A DNA stretch of 63,961 bases, the filler included, from Craspedostauros australis (Eukaryota): the NCBI GenBank assembly GCA_030167865.1. It is 17 parts of 17 records of this genome, joined end to end, with 100 filler letters (N's around TTAATTAATTAA, not from the genome) between each part and the next. Parts side by side here need not be neighbours in the genome. Positions count along the whole stretch, not along the records: positions 32,719 to 39,853 come from JALAGF010004717.1; positions 39,954 to 41,936 come from JALAGF010004718.1; positions 42,037 to 44,133 come from JALAGF010004719.1; positions 44,234 to 50,488 come from JALAGF010004720.1; 13 more parts are not named here. The stretch is one strand, 5' to 3'. Position 1 is the first letter of the stretch, and each line of letters starts with the position of its first letter. Positions 35,201 through 47,409 of this stretch are shown piece by piece. Both the position numbers and the translations under genes were made by a program. The notes beneath the pieces were generated by a model, which saw nothing but the letters and a program-made list of their open reading frames with translations, was not told the DNA's origin and did not search any database.

Positions 35201-35936
35201 CACAAATACATACACCTTACATATTACCAGAGAGCCACGAAGAGTGGAGAGCAGGATAGGTGGAGGCCGTCGTGATCCTCTGAGCGTGCATACATATTGA
35301 CTTGATAGCCGTTCTGCCTCGTGCCCTACACGAGATAAAAGCGGGTGGCATAAAAAAGTTTACGGCGCAGGCTGGGCACACACTAATCAGCTTAATCCAT
35401 GAGCTATATGTATAGTGCAATGGAGCACAGTGACTAATCCTTTGGTATGTAAAATATATGTTATTGAACACTTAGGTTTGTTTGTAAATACAAAGTCCTG
35501 CTGAACCTGCTTTGCTCTCATGCAGATGGGACGCCATGGCCATCTACTGAGCCGTTGGCATGGTGTGGAAAGAGACTGGTGGCAGCAGTGGTTTTAATTG
35601 TTGTTTCTGGTGTTGTGATGTGAGTGCTTGCAGGTTCACTGGCACTGAAACAAGAAATTGAGAGGAGAGCAGATGAACAACAGCCAGAAGCCAACAATGA
35701 CTGTTTGCGACAACCAGCAGAGAGGAGGTCCAAGCACACAGGCAGGGAATAGACCTGAAGCAAGGACGAGGCTGTACAATTGAGTGGGTACATGGAGGGA
35801 AGGCAATGTGTGCTGAATGGGACATGGACGAAGCTCAACCTGTTGGGCCATGAACGGTGGCAGAACCGAGAACAAAGCAGTGTGACAGTCTTGGTGGAGG
35901 TCAGGCTTTGGATTACACACCAACCCACAACTCTGG

Positions 35937-36143
35937 TATTAGAGCACTATCGAAAAATCACAAAGGGGTGAGCAAAAGCAAAGTACCATGCCGGGATTCG
36001 AACCCGGAACCTCAGTTAGAATTACTGGTGCTCTACCGTTGAGCTACAGGCGATGCGATTGCTGAACCGAACACCAGTGAAATTTATAGATAGTGGGGGC
36101 TACGGGAGTAACGTACATAGCACTATTCGATTTTGTGCTGATA
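35937..36143 (-). mobile_element. 207-bp tRNA-containing mobile element (family D), copy 2
   Basis: Perfect 5-bp TSD TCTGG (35932-35936, 36144-36148). Collinear end to end with 18884..19089. Termini TATCAG...CTAATA. Confidence 0.9.
35983..36053 (-). ncRNA. tRNA-like Pol III cassette (pseudo-tRNA)
   Basis: TCGCCTGTAGCTCAACGGTAGAGCACCAGTAATTCTAACTGAGGTTCCGGGTTCGAATCCCGGCATGGTAC. Intact A and B boxes. Confidence 0.78.
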
Positions 36144-36362
36144 TCTGGATCTCGACAACTGATCCATAGCCCAGATAAAGCAGCAACTTCAGCATGCCTA
36201 CTGCCACTGCCCAATCCTCGACATTGTTTCGCAACAACCCGCCTCACCCACGCGAAATGTGAGTGTGTCGATGAAGGACACGACTGGACATTGGTCGAAG
36301 CACGACTGAGAATTTCGAATCCAAGTTGCCCCTTTACGTTCGCATGCCTCACGTGTCTAGTA

Positions 36363-36489
36363 GTAAACTAATGCGAAAAATATAAACTTTTTAACTACAA
36401 GGCCCAGAAGCTTGTAACTTAACCCATACACTATCTACAACATAATAGGATGATTTAAGTAAAAATATTAAAAATCCGCATTTGTGTAC
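36363..36489. mobile_element. Small AT-rich MITE-like insertion
   Basis: Imperfect TIR GTAAACTAATGCG / CGCATTTGTGTAC flanked by TA on both sides. Markedly AT-rich relative to the flanks. Confidence 0.45.
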
Positions 36490-36666
36490 TATCGTATCCT
36501 GAATGGGGTCATAAAGATCGACGCGTCGTCAACAAGGAGGAAAGATCGACACGATGCAGATTGCGTTCTCAACGATGACAGCAGAGAGAGAGGCAGCGAA
36601 GGCAATGGCAATGGTGATGGTGATGACCATGACCATGACGCCCACAATCGAAAAGAGAAGCACATC

Positions 36667-38056
36667 GGCGCCAGTGGAAGCAGAAGTAGTTGTTGTCCAA
36701 GAGAAGAAGGATACGGACGATACGGACGAAGAGACCACACCAACAACCGAGTTTTCCGTGTCCGCATCGTGAGTGTCGCATCGCTATCTGTCTTTAGCAG
36801 ACCGCACCCACTCACAAGGAACTTCCTCTCTATGTGGAGAGAGTTGCATCCATCCACAAAAGTAGGCAATTGATGGAGCCGGGGATCACTTTGAGAGGAA
36901 TGGTCATGGACGAATAGCTTGTAGACGTCATCAGTATCACGAAAAGACACAGTTTCTCTGCCCCTCTCTGCACGGTCTACTCTAGTCGTCGACTCATCAT
37001 GCCGACATTCCGTCCGGACAGCCGATTCCATCTACTTTGTATGGTTTGGCACCTTCCTCCTTGTTGGTTGGATGGCTGCTTTGGGCCTTCCTACAACCTC
37101 AGAACCCACAACCTTCCTCCTTTGCGATGTTTTCTCCTACGCTTGCACATTCGTCATGTTTGTTGGCTCCTGTGGATTGGGCATCGATCTGCTGAAAACC
37201 GTGATCCATACCGGCAACTCTCTTTGTTGGCTGCGATGGCGCATGAATCAGCCTCCTGCAGATGCGACTGTGAACCAGAAAGTGTCAATCATCTCACAAT
37301 TCACTTGTTGGCGGAGGTGGCAATGCCTCTCCCTTCTTCCCTCTGTCTCCAAAGACCTGCATGTTGTGCTCCTTGGATGTGTGCATCTTTGTGTGGATGG
37401 TGATTCCAGAGCAGCTGATTTCCCCAACTTGTGGATCTGATGACATGGTGCCTCCATCTCATCGTTTGCAGTTGTGGCTGTGATGCATCGCTTCAGCATG
37501 AGCGGGCGTTGGTGGCAATGATGTGCGTAGTGGTGGCGTAATAGAAGGAGTATCTCCGAACAGCTGGTGCTCTAGGCCCCAAAGAAGTTGCTGCATCCGG
37601 TCTCATGAATGCACTCGTCCAGCAGGCATTGAATCTCAGCTGCCGACGGCACATCCAGAATGGGCATTGCTGCTGATCACTTGAATCCGGGGTTTATCAC
37701 AGAAGCATGGCGTTTCTCACCACTGTTGATGGCACCGTTGTTGGTGCTGCGATTGTTCATGTGATTGTTTACATACAATTGCCTTGATATCTTCCTTTCT
37801 GATGTCGCCGATCGATGCGATGCGTTTGCAGTCGCTCCTCATCACCACTTCCCATTCGTCATCATCATCAACATCATCTCCATCTCCGTCTCTTGCCATG
37901 GTCGCCTTCATCCATCCTTTTCGGCATGTGGCGTTGTGCGTGGCTGCTTGTTTCACCCATGCATTGCTTTACTGGTCATGTATGCGTACGACTATGACAC
38001 ATTGGCTGACGCCTCCATCAATGCACGTAATTCTACACAAGTACAACAATGATCTC
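36667..38056 (+). repeat. 1.4-kb duplicated segment (other copy 50936..52335, reverse strand)
   Basis: Collinear near-identical sequence, visible as matching ORF translations (e.g. 36489..37031 vs 51968..52390). Confidence 0.92.
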
Positions 38057-38867
38057 TTCCACAGAACGAGGACACGTATTGCCATAGTCGTTGAGTAGTT
38101 GTTCTGTGTGACATCAACATCAACAGTTAGTTGTTTTCGGTGATGTCAAGAATTGTTGGTACGCTTCAATCGTCTGCCTGTCATCCGTGGTTGATCGTGT
38201 TTGGGGCAATACGATGCCAGTAGGAATGGTTTGGACTTGGTGACAGGTCCAAATAGAATCAATGTAAATGGTTTGTGGTGTGCGGATCTGTTGATGTTGA
38301 TGTCGATGTTGATGTCAATGTTGGTGCTGTTTGTGTTTGTGTCGATGCCGATGCCCATGTCGATGTTGTGTTCTGCCAGAGATGTGCGTGTTTGTGATAG
38401 ATCTTCGTGTTGGCCATTTCCGTGTTTGGATTCCGATTTGTTCGCATACTTCTAGCTTGACTGTGACTAGTGTGTTGTCAACGAAGGATGGTTCTCATTC
38501 CTTGTTCTTCCACACCCATCACACCCACGTTGCGTCGACTTTGGTGGTCCCACCAGTCATGGATACCCTTGTCTCAACATGTCCAGATCAGTACCTCTTC
38601 CTCTATTCCACTTCGTCTCGTCTCGTTTTGTTCGTACCCAACACTCCGCACAACTCAGACCTGGACACGACGAGGATTTGCATTCCATGTTGACGGTCCT
38701 CCTCGATGAGCCGTGAATGGCATGAGTCCATGCTCATACCATGCCAAGAGGCACCATGTGATACCATACAACATACAACCATCCAACCATCCAACCATTC
38801 AAACAATCATCCAATCATCCAACACCCGTCCAGCAACCTCTCCACAGCTATCGACCACCATCTCAAC

Positions 38868-39853
38868 ATGCCAGATGTCTCAAACAAGCAACTCTTTGCT
38901 GCTTCCAGCACTGGTGATCTGACAGCAATGAAGAAATGAAAGAAGCAAAATGAAAGAGGTGATATCAACAAGGCAACAAGCAGCCAGGGCTGCACTCTGC
39001 TTCATTACACATGTGCACATGGCAAGTGCCAATGAGGATGGTCACTGAAGACACATATTCGTTGTTTACCCATGGAGATTTCAGCAAGTTGTTTTGGAAG
39101 CCTCAGCTGATGGGAGACATCCATGCCCTCTTTCATGGTGGAACAATGAACCGCAGATTTGATGATGAGTGCATTGCAATGCCCATGATGGAGTTGTACA
39201 AGGTTATGGATGAAGACAAGGGTACTGGGCAAGTCGATTCATTGGAGTGATGGTGACAGCTCACAGTGGAAATGGCGATCAGTCCACTGCTGTGTCGCAC
39301 ATTCCAAGTCACTCATTGTCTCAACACTTCCACACACATGCAGAGAAAAGACGATGGCAAGTGTGCATGCGGTATAGAAGGTGATGCAGGTGATTCACTT
39401 CATCATGCAATGGATAGCTTGCACTTCATGATTTGGTTTGGTTGTGGATAGTGAGACAGGATGGATGTGGCTGTGAGTGGGTGAGGAGCTTGGAATATCA
39501 ACAGCATTGAACCTCAGTCGGAGTCACTATTGACACTTTCATCATAATTGCATTGTTGGGTCCTTGCGGTACGCAACCATTCACCCGATTGTTCGGACCA
39601 GCCATGGGGCAGCTGGTGAGCCGACGAGCAAAGAAAAAGCCATGCACCTTGCCAATTGCGCTTTGGTCAAGCTTGATGCAACCAAAGCATATGTTTGCAA
39701 TACCCTGGAAGATTTCCAACACTTGTGCCCTCATCACTGTGTCGAACAATGCTCTGAATGATCACTTGATGAAGCTTGTGAATGTTGCGATGACATCTGA
39801 CTTGACTGTGTAGGTGGCTCTTGATCTGGATTTGGTGCACGATTGGGATCAAG
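38868..39853 (+). pseudogene. Ankyrin-repeat gene remnant
   Basis: MPDVSNKQLFAASSTGDLTAMKK*...DINKATSSQGCTLLHYTCAHG ankyrin-like repeats, with multiple stops and frameshifts. Confidence 0.5.
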
Positions 39854-39953
39854 NNNNNNNNNNNNNNNNNNNNNNNNNNNNNNNNNNNNNNNNNNNNTTA
39901 ATTAATTAANNNNNNNNNNNNNNNNNNNNNNNNNNNNNNNNNNNNNNNNNNNN

Positions 39954-41936
39954 ATGCTTGCTTCAAACTCCGAATTCCTCCGATGGTGCGCTATAGCTTT
40001 GAAATGGCCAAAATGCAGCCCCGATGGTCCTGCCGACGTGTCCTCCTTGGCTCTTTTCCATCCTTGTTGGAACTCCTTCGTTGTCATTCCTGCTGGTATG
40101 CTCCGGCTTGCCACCGATTTCAGCCCTTGTAGGAGCTTCGCGGCGCCTTCATCAACCCATGGTCGTGGTGCGTAGCTTCCGTTGAGCGTTTGCTCCGCCG
40201 CTTCGGTCACCCCGAGATACCCGAATTCTCTCGCCAGCTGGCCGTGCATGAACGGCGTGTTCTCGGTTTGCCGAAATCGTTTCTTGTTTTCTTCCATGCA
40301 TCCTTTCTCGATGTCTTCTTTGCTGGTCCGTTCCACCCACTGCCCATTCCCGTCCGGTGCTATCACCATGGATATACCTGCCGTTGCGTTTTCGCCTGTG
40401 GCCATCCGTATCCTCCGATATGTTGCTCGCACTCTCTCCTTCATCCTCAGCTGACGTAGTTGCTGCGATGTCGCTTTTCCAACCTCTCTTTCTTCTCTTC
40501 CTCTGTTGTTGCTTCGCTGCTGTTCCCCTCTTCGTCTCATTTCCTCCCCGCCTCTCGCTGCCGCTAGTCCTTCTAACCAGTTCTCTCTCGCTTTCGTCGC
40601 TCTTGTTCTGAACTGCTTGAGGTCCCCAAACGCCGATTCCTGTTCCTTTGCTACCTCCTCGTTGGAACATCTCATCAGTTCTTGTACCTTCCGCGTTTCC
40701 CCTGCTCTCTTCGCCAGTCTCACGATGGTCTTCGACGAGATGTTGGCTCCTCGTTGCTTTCTCACCACGTTGTTCCACAGCCCGATGTTGGCTTCAATCC
40801 GTTTGTACTCCTTCGAGTACGGTATGCCTCCCATCCTTAATCTGCGGCAAGCCTTGTCGGCTTTCCATATTCCTTCCACGCGAATTCTGTCAAGTTTCTC
40901 TGCCTCCTTTTCCATTTTTGTCGTCCATTCTTCTGATGCCGCTTGTTCCAGCCGAAACGCTCTTGCCCTTGCTTTGTGTTGTTTCAAGTGCGCTTCGTAG
41001 GCGTCGTTGAACTTCTGTACGATCCTTGGGTCTTCCGTCTTCACTCTCCTCGACACCGCCTTGCGCAAGTTGGGCATTGATTGCCCGAGCACCGCGATCA
41101 TGCTGACGTCGATCCACAGGCATCGGTGGTCGGCTTGCCTCATTTGTATCCCCTCGTCCCATTCGCTCGCTCCTGCCCCTTCGATCCGAACTCCTGCTGT
41201 AGCGAAGATTCCGTCGATAGGCACTTTTCCTAGTCGATGCGTTGGCAATCGACTGACTTCGTCACCTGCGCATTCCATCGTGTTGGTTAGCCCTGTGGCC
41301 TCTTGGAATTGCCGCATTGTGGCCGAATTCGTGTCTTCGTTGCAGTCCATTGCCACGATTACATGGTCGCCTTCCGCTCTCCACGCCTGAATCGCTTTCT
41401 GAAGGTCCTCTATCATCGCCGCTCGAGGCTCCTTGTCCATCTTCTTCTCATTGAAGTACCGCCGCTGTTGTGCGTGTGTGTTCAAGAATCCCTTGCTTCG
41501 TGGTCTGCACGGTCTATACGCTGTTACCACTCGGAGCGTTTGCTGATTTGCTCCGCGGTATCGTTGCCACACCCATCGCCCCAACTTGGTTGGGTCTTCG
41601 CCTTGTCCCATGATGCGGATTGCCGCTTGGAATCTGCTGATCATTGCCACTCCTCCCCACTGTTTGCTTTGCGTGGGTTCGTTGGTCGTGTTATTCGCCG
41701 TCTTCGCCACTGCCGTTCCTGTTGGCCACCATTCCTGTATTCGCCCTTTGAGTGTGTGCTCTGTTGATGCCGTCCTCCAGTCCACATTCACCTCCGTGAT
41801 CCCGAATACATCGAATTCGCCTTCGTTCATCCACCTCTTCAATCCTTCGTCGACTACTCCTGGTCTCCTTCCGAGTCCTCCGAAGTTCTGCAACCCTATC
41901 CTCAGTTGCCCCGTTCGCTTCCTCAGCATTCTCCTC
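39954..41936 (-). mobile_element. Ambal-like non-LTR ORF2: APE endonuclease and start of RT
   Basis: LQNFGG, GITEVN, VTAYRP, MDCNE, PIDGIF and DHRCLWID (APE motifs), then KEDTSAGPSGLHFGHFK (RT domain 0). Open across the whole contig. Confidence 0.9.
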
Positions 41937-42036
41937 NNNNNNNNNNNNNNNNNNNNNNNNNNNNNNNNNNNNNNNNNNNNTTAATTAATTAANNNNNNNN
42001 NNNNNNNNNNNNNNNNNNNNNNNNNNNNNNNNNNNN

Positions 42037-44069
42037 CCCCAGTATTCTTGTTGAGCTTCGCCTTGGCCAGTCGGAAGAATTTTCTGTTTGTGGTCCAGCA
42101 CCACATGTGCGCGATCCTCTTTGTTGTTGATATTTTTGAGGTACTGCTCAATTTGTCCGAATTGAACCTTGCTGCGCACTTTGTGTGCCATGTACCACAG
42201 TATTTCGTTGTTGAACCCNGGTGCGGCATTGAGCATCGACTCCAATTCTGTCGCGTGTTCCGCAAGGTGATCTTCCATAAGCGATGTCACGAAAGGGACA
42301 TATCGGTCGTCCACAAAACGCATCACCCCTGCACAACGGTTACATACTCCAGTGTGCTGTTTGTCTGTGGTGACACAAGGCTGTTCATCATTGTCAGTGG
42401 TGGTGTCATTGGCAGCAGCATGTGTCACATGAGTGATGTCAGGGATATCAATTGCGATGGATGGAATGTCATTGGTGACTGAAGGGATGTTGTTTGTTCC
42501 AGTGATCTTCTTCCTGAGCTTGTGCTTGTTAGTACGTGTTCTGGTTGTTGTCTTCTTCTTCTCGTTGGGCGTGAGCGCGAATTGAGCTGAGTGGAGTGGG
42601 TCATCACACTCCATCTGCATGTGTGATGCTGTGAATTCCCATTTGACGAAGACCACAAGAAGTTCCAATGAGTACAAAAGAGACTTGGCTGTGCGCAGAT
42701 GCTGGGAAATCACGTCATTCTCGTCCTCAGCGCCGTTTGTTGTGGGATACTTAGCCTTCAAAAGTGTGACGAGGCGCGAGATCGTGCGTTTGAGAGTGAG
42801 CATCGCCAACAAGAAGTGGCTCTCGAAGGACGACAGCCCTGTGTTGACTTTGCCACGTCGTGTTAGTAGCTGCATCATCTCTTTGAATGCTGGTTCGCCC
42901 ACTGGGTTGGTAGTCGTTGTCTTGTACATGTCGAATAGCGCCATGATGCTTTTGCCTCCACGATCGAAGACTGGAACGTTTTCGAATACGGCACCTTCCC
43001 ACTCCACTGCGTGGCACAAGCCAGCCTTGTACGTGGTTGTAGTGCAGAGAAACGACACCACACCAGACAAAGCACATGCAGTCACACGGTATTGAAGAAC
43101 TTTGGGAGGAATGGTTTCCCCATCGCTCAACATGTCATGGTAACAATGCAATGTGTTATGTTGGCTTTTAGTGACAGTTAATCGATTACCATGTACACGC
43201 ACGCGTTCTTCCTCCGGCAATCCATTGACATATCCAGTGAGAATGTCTGTGCATGTTGTTGGAGACGCAGACTGCGCGAGAACGGATCTCGCGCAGAGGT
43301 GCATGAGCTTGCTCCCTCCAACACATATGCGGTACAGATTTGGTGCAAGTGTCGTTGGTGGCAGTGGTTGACCAGCTCGGACAAATTGCACCACCTCATG
43401 CATCTGGCAAGTCGGTGTNNNNNNNNNNNNNNNNNNNNNNNNNNNNNNNNNNNNNNNNNNNNNNNNNNNNNNNNNNNNNNNNNNNNNNNNNACTTGCCGA
43501 TCGTGTTTTCCGCCGAGTACGAAGCCCGTCTTCGGCATAGAGTCGAACACTTTTGGAGATAGGCCCGACTTGACCAACCCCGCGACGCCGGCCAACGCAT
43601 CGCGACGCCATCCTCTCACCGTTTTCTTGATGATTCTGTTGCGGCCTGTTCGCTTCTTCCTGCGATCACAGCCATCCACGTAGTCGTCGTCGCTGTCAAC
43701 ATCAACTTGCTCGGAAGCGTCTCCAGCGACAGCGTTTGCGTGTCGTGCAGTGCTTGCGCGGGTAGTTGGTTTGGCAGGAGACTCAACGGGAGGTGGCACG
43801 TTCACACTGATGTCTACCACTGTGATAGCACCNNNNNNNNNNNNNNNNNNNNNNNNNNNNNNNNNNNNNNNNNNNNNNNNNNNNNNNNNNNNNNNNNNNN
43901 NNNNNNNNNNNNNNNNNNNNNNNNNNNNNNNGACATGCGCCAAAGTTGGAACAAGGTTGCTGTCCACCGGAAGCATCGGCTTCACCTCGATCGCGTGAGT
44001 GATGTCGGTGGGCTTCCGCAATCCAGTAGACAGCTTGTCAGGCAACAGTTGCTCATGAGTAGGTGCCAA
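42037..44069 (-). mobile_element. Putative Sola3-like DDE transposase (N-terminal part)
   Basis: Long ORF with HTGVCNRC and C-terminal VVLDHKQKILP...EAQQEYW(G), resembling my recollection of the D(W/F)AMKFLP..RE.Q..WFGKRG block. Truncated by contig end. Confidence 0.5.
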
Positions 44070-44233
44070 GTTGCCATCCGAATCAAAAGGAGAATCGAGA
44101 GGGGCAGCACAGGAACGAGGCTTCTTACGAGGANNNNNNNNNNNNNNNNNNNNNNNNNNNNNNNNNNNNNNNNNNNNTTAATTAATTAANNNNNNNNNNN
44201 NNNNNNNNNNNNNNNNNNNNNNNNNNNNNNNNN

Positions 44234-47200
44234 GAGATGCCGGTATGTCGCGACTGCGCGGTCGCGAACGCAAGAGTGAAGAACATCCCGAAGGCAACCA
44301 TTCCGAGAGCAACTCGCAGCGGTGAACATCTCTTCATTGACATTAGTTACACTAAACACATAAGCTTCGGAGATAAACGCTACTGGACCCTGATCGTGGA
44401 CGACTGCACGGATCANNNNNNNNNNNNNNNNNNNNNNNNNNNNNNNNNNNNNNNNNNNNNNNNNNNNNNNNNNNNNNNNNNNNNNNNNNNNNNNNNNNNN
44501 NNNNNNNNNNNNNNNNNNNNNNNNNNNNNNNNNNNNNNNNNNNNNNCCACGCAGGATATTCTCATCGATGCAGGACTCAACGTGAAATTCGAATTCACGG
44601 CATCGAACACGCCGCAACAGAACGGTAGAGTAGAGCGCAAGTTCGCATACCTCTACACCAAGATCCGCTCCATGCTCAACGGAGCACAACTTGACGAAGA
44701 GTATAGGCATGGCCTGTGGGCAGCAGCTGCTAGCACTGCCACCGCCATCACCAACATCACCGTAGCGAAGAATCAAAAGGAGTCACCACACCGACAATTC
44801 TTCGGCAACGATCCACCATACGCGGATGCACTCCGCACATTTGGAGAGGTGGGTGTTGTGAAAACTACCTACGACAGGATCACCGCCAAACTCAAGAATA
44901 GAGGAGAAGAGATGGTGTTCATCGGATATGCACACCAACATGCATCAGGGGTCTACAAAATGTACAGACCATCGACCAAGTCACTCGTCTGCTCACGCGA
45001 CATCAAGTGGCTCAACCAATCATACGGACAGTTCCGTGGCTGGGCACCAGCACCGAACATATCCAGCGAAGCAGGAACGACGGACGCAGACGGCTTCACA
45101 ACCATTGGACGGAAGGGAGCAATGCCAAGGACGGCAACGCGTCGAACATCAGAAGCAAAGAGAGTGTCTTTTGCCAACATGAACAAGTATCACATCCTAT
45201 CAGACAGCGATGATGAGGATGATGAGGACGATGGAGCAGTAACCCAACTAATCCATAACAACGACGAAGATCGGAGCGAATCCAATCAGGAGGATGACGA
45301 GATCACACCATCCGGCGACGAAGCCGACGATGATGGCAGAGATATCACTCCTCCGAACACACCAGCGAGGTCTACACATGACATACCATCAAGACCTCCA
45401 CCAAGCAAACCAAGCAAGCGTGACATAGCTAGAAAGGAGAGAATCCGACGTCACGAAGCACGAGGCAGGAAGGGAAAAGCTAATCCCAAGTCAACTACAG
45501 GGAAGAATATTCCTAGAGCTCTGTGTGAGCTCGCAGACTTCAACGAACGAGGTCGAAAGGAAGAGGGCTATGAGAGCGAGTCATCGTCCAATGAAGCCAG
45601 TGATGAACTTAGCGATGAGGTGATCGACGAATCCAACAACGAATCTACAGACGACGAAGAAATCGCAGATGAAGGAGAGATCGAGATCACTCATTATAGC
45701 ACAACAGGACTATACGGGATGAACGCAATCATCACCCAGGCACCAGCAATCAACATCGGACTGTCGATGCAGGACGAGAACAAAGAACCAGAGAAGCACA
45801 TCGAACCTACAACATTCGATGGAGCCTTCAATCATCCAGATCCCATCCATCGAAAGGGATATCGAGCAGCCATCAAGAAGGAGTTCGACTCCATGCATAC
45901 ACGCAAAGTGTACAGCAAGATCAAACGAGACGCCATCCCACGCGGCCGCAGATGCTGCAAATGTAAATGGGTCTTCAAGCTGAAGCGTGACGGCACACAT
46001 CGAGCGCGACTCGTTGCATGTGGCTACTCACAAGTCGCAGGAGTAGACTTCCAAGAGCATTACTCACCCATCATTCACGACGTGACCTATCGAGTCATGA
46101 TGGTGATCATGCTGATCAAGAAGATGGACTGCGCACTCGTCGATGTCGTAACGGCATTCCTACACGGAGACCTCGATGAAGAGATCTACATGAACTGTCC
46201 CAATGGGATGGATCATCAACCAGACGAAGCCCTGACCCTACACAAGCCAATCTGCGGACTTGTGCAGAGCGCCAGGCAATGGTTCAAGATGTTGGTATCG
46301 ACCCTCAAGAATATCAACTTCGAACAGAGTGCAGCAGACCCGTGCCTGTTCTACAGGAAGACAAACGAAGGAAACATGATCGTGGCCATCTACGTGGACG
46401 ATTGCTTCTGCTGTGGAGACTCCAAGGCATTGGAGACATTCCTGAAGGACATCCAAGGCAGCAAGTTCAAGGTGACAATCGAGCGTGGACTCGGAGACTA
46501 CCTCAGCTGCAACATNNNNNNNNNNNNNNNNNNNNNNNNNNNNNNNNNNNNNNNNNNNNNNNNNNNNNNNNNNNNNNNNNNNNNNNNNNNNNNNNNNNNN
46601 NNNNNNNNNNNNNNNNNNNNNNNNNNNNNNNNNNNNNNNCAAATCATCGTACGACCATCCGAAGACAACGGACTACAGAAGGTCGGACCGGAAGAACATG
46701 CCGAATACCGCCGAGGCGTCGGTATGCTACTCTTCCTCATCAAGCATTCGCGACCAGACATCGCGAACCCTGTGAGGGAGCTCTCCAAGGTATTGATCGG
46801 GCTCACCAAGGCCGCAATGAAGGAGATGTATCGGATCATCAAGTATGTGATCGATACGAAGGACTATGGATGGAAGATCCATCCAGCGCGTCCAGACGAC
46901 GACGGCTGGGACATGGAGCTCTTTTGCGATAGCGAATACGCAGGAGACAAGAACACGAGAATCAGCGTAGGGGGATTCATCCTATACCTGTGCAAGGCAC
47001 CAATCCTTTGGCGATCCAAGGCACAGAAGGCTGTCACACTCAGCTCATCCGAAGCAGAATACGTTGCCCTTTCTGAAGCGGCAAAGGAGATCTTCTTCGT
47101 CATGCAGCTACTCGAAAGTGTGGGCGTCCCAGTGAAGACACCGATCAAGGTCCGCATGGACAACATCAGAGCAATCTTCATCGCCAAGAACCCATCAACA

Positions 47201-47389
47201 TCCCAACGATCGCGGCACATCGATGTGTGCCATCACTACGTGAGGAACATGGTAATCAACAAAACCATCGAAATCATTTTCGTCAAATCCGAGCAGAACA
47301 CAAGCGACGGATTCACCAAGAACATCAAGGCGGACTTACAACGAGAGCATGAGAAGTCGTACCTTGACACATTGAGAACATTCGATTGA
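44234..47389 (+). mobile_element. Ty1/Copia pol: integrase, RT, RNase H
   Basis: LFIDIS, PQQNGRVER, KWVFKLK...RARLVACGY, DVVTAFLHG, YVDD, FCDSEYAGD, SSSEAEY and SDGFTK. Confidence 0.96.
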
Positions 47390-47401
47390 CCGAATGCACA
47401 C

Positions 47402-47409
47402 AGGAAGGG
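47402..47409 (+). promoter_or_regulatory. Polypurine tract
   Basis: AGGAAGGG immediately before the TG start of the 3' LTR. Confidence 0.8.

Noticed and set aside
35983..36053. Functional tRNA-Glu(TTC) gene
   Set aside because: Acceptor stem is mispaired, A at positions 32/33, and it is embedded in a TSD-flanked mobile unit.
21603..47389. Joining gag-protease (21603) and pol (44234) into one full-length element at this locus
   Set aside because: They look like the same family by overlap with the 18827-21138 copy, but lie on separate contigs, so physical linkage is not shown.
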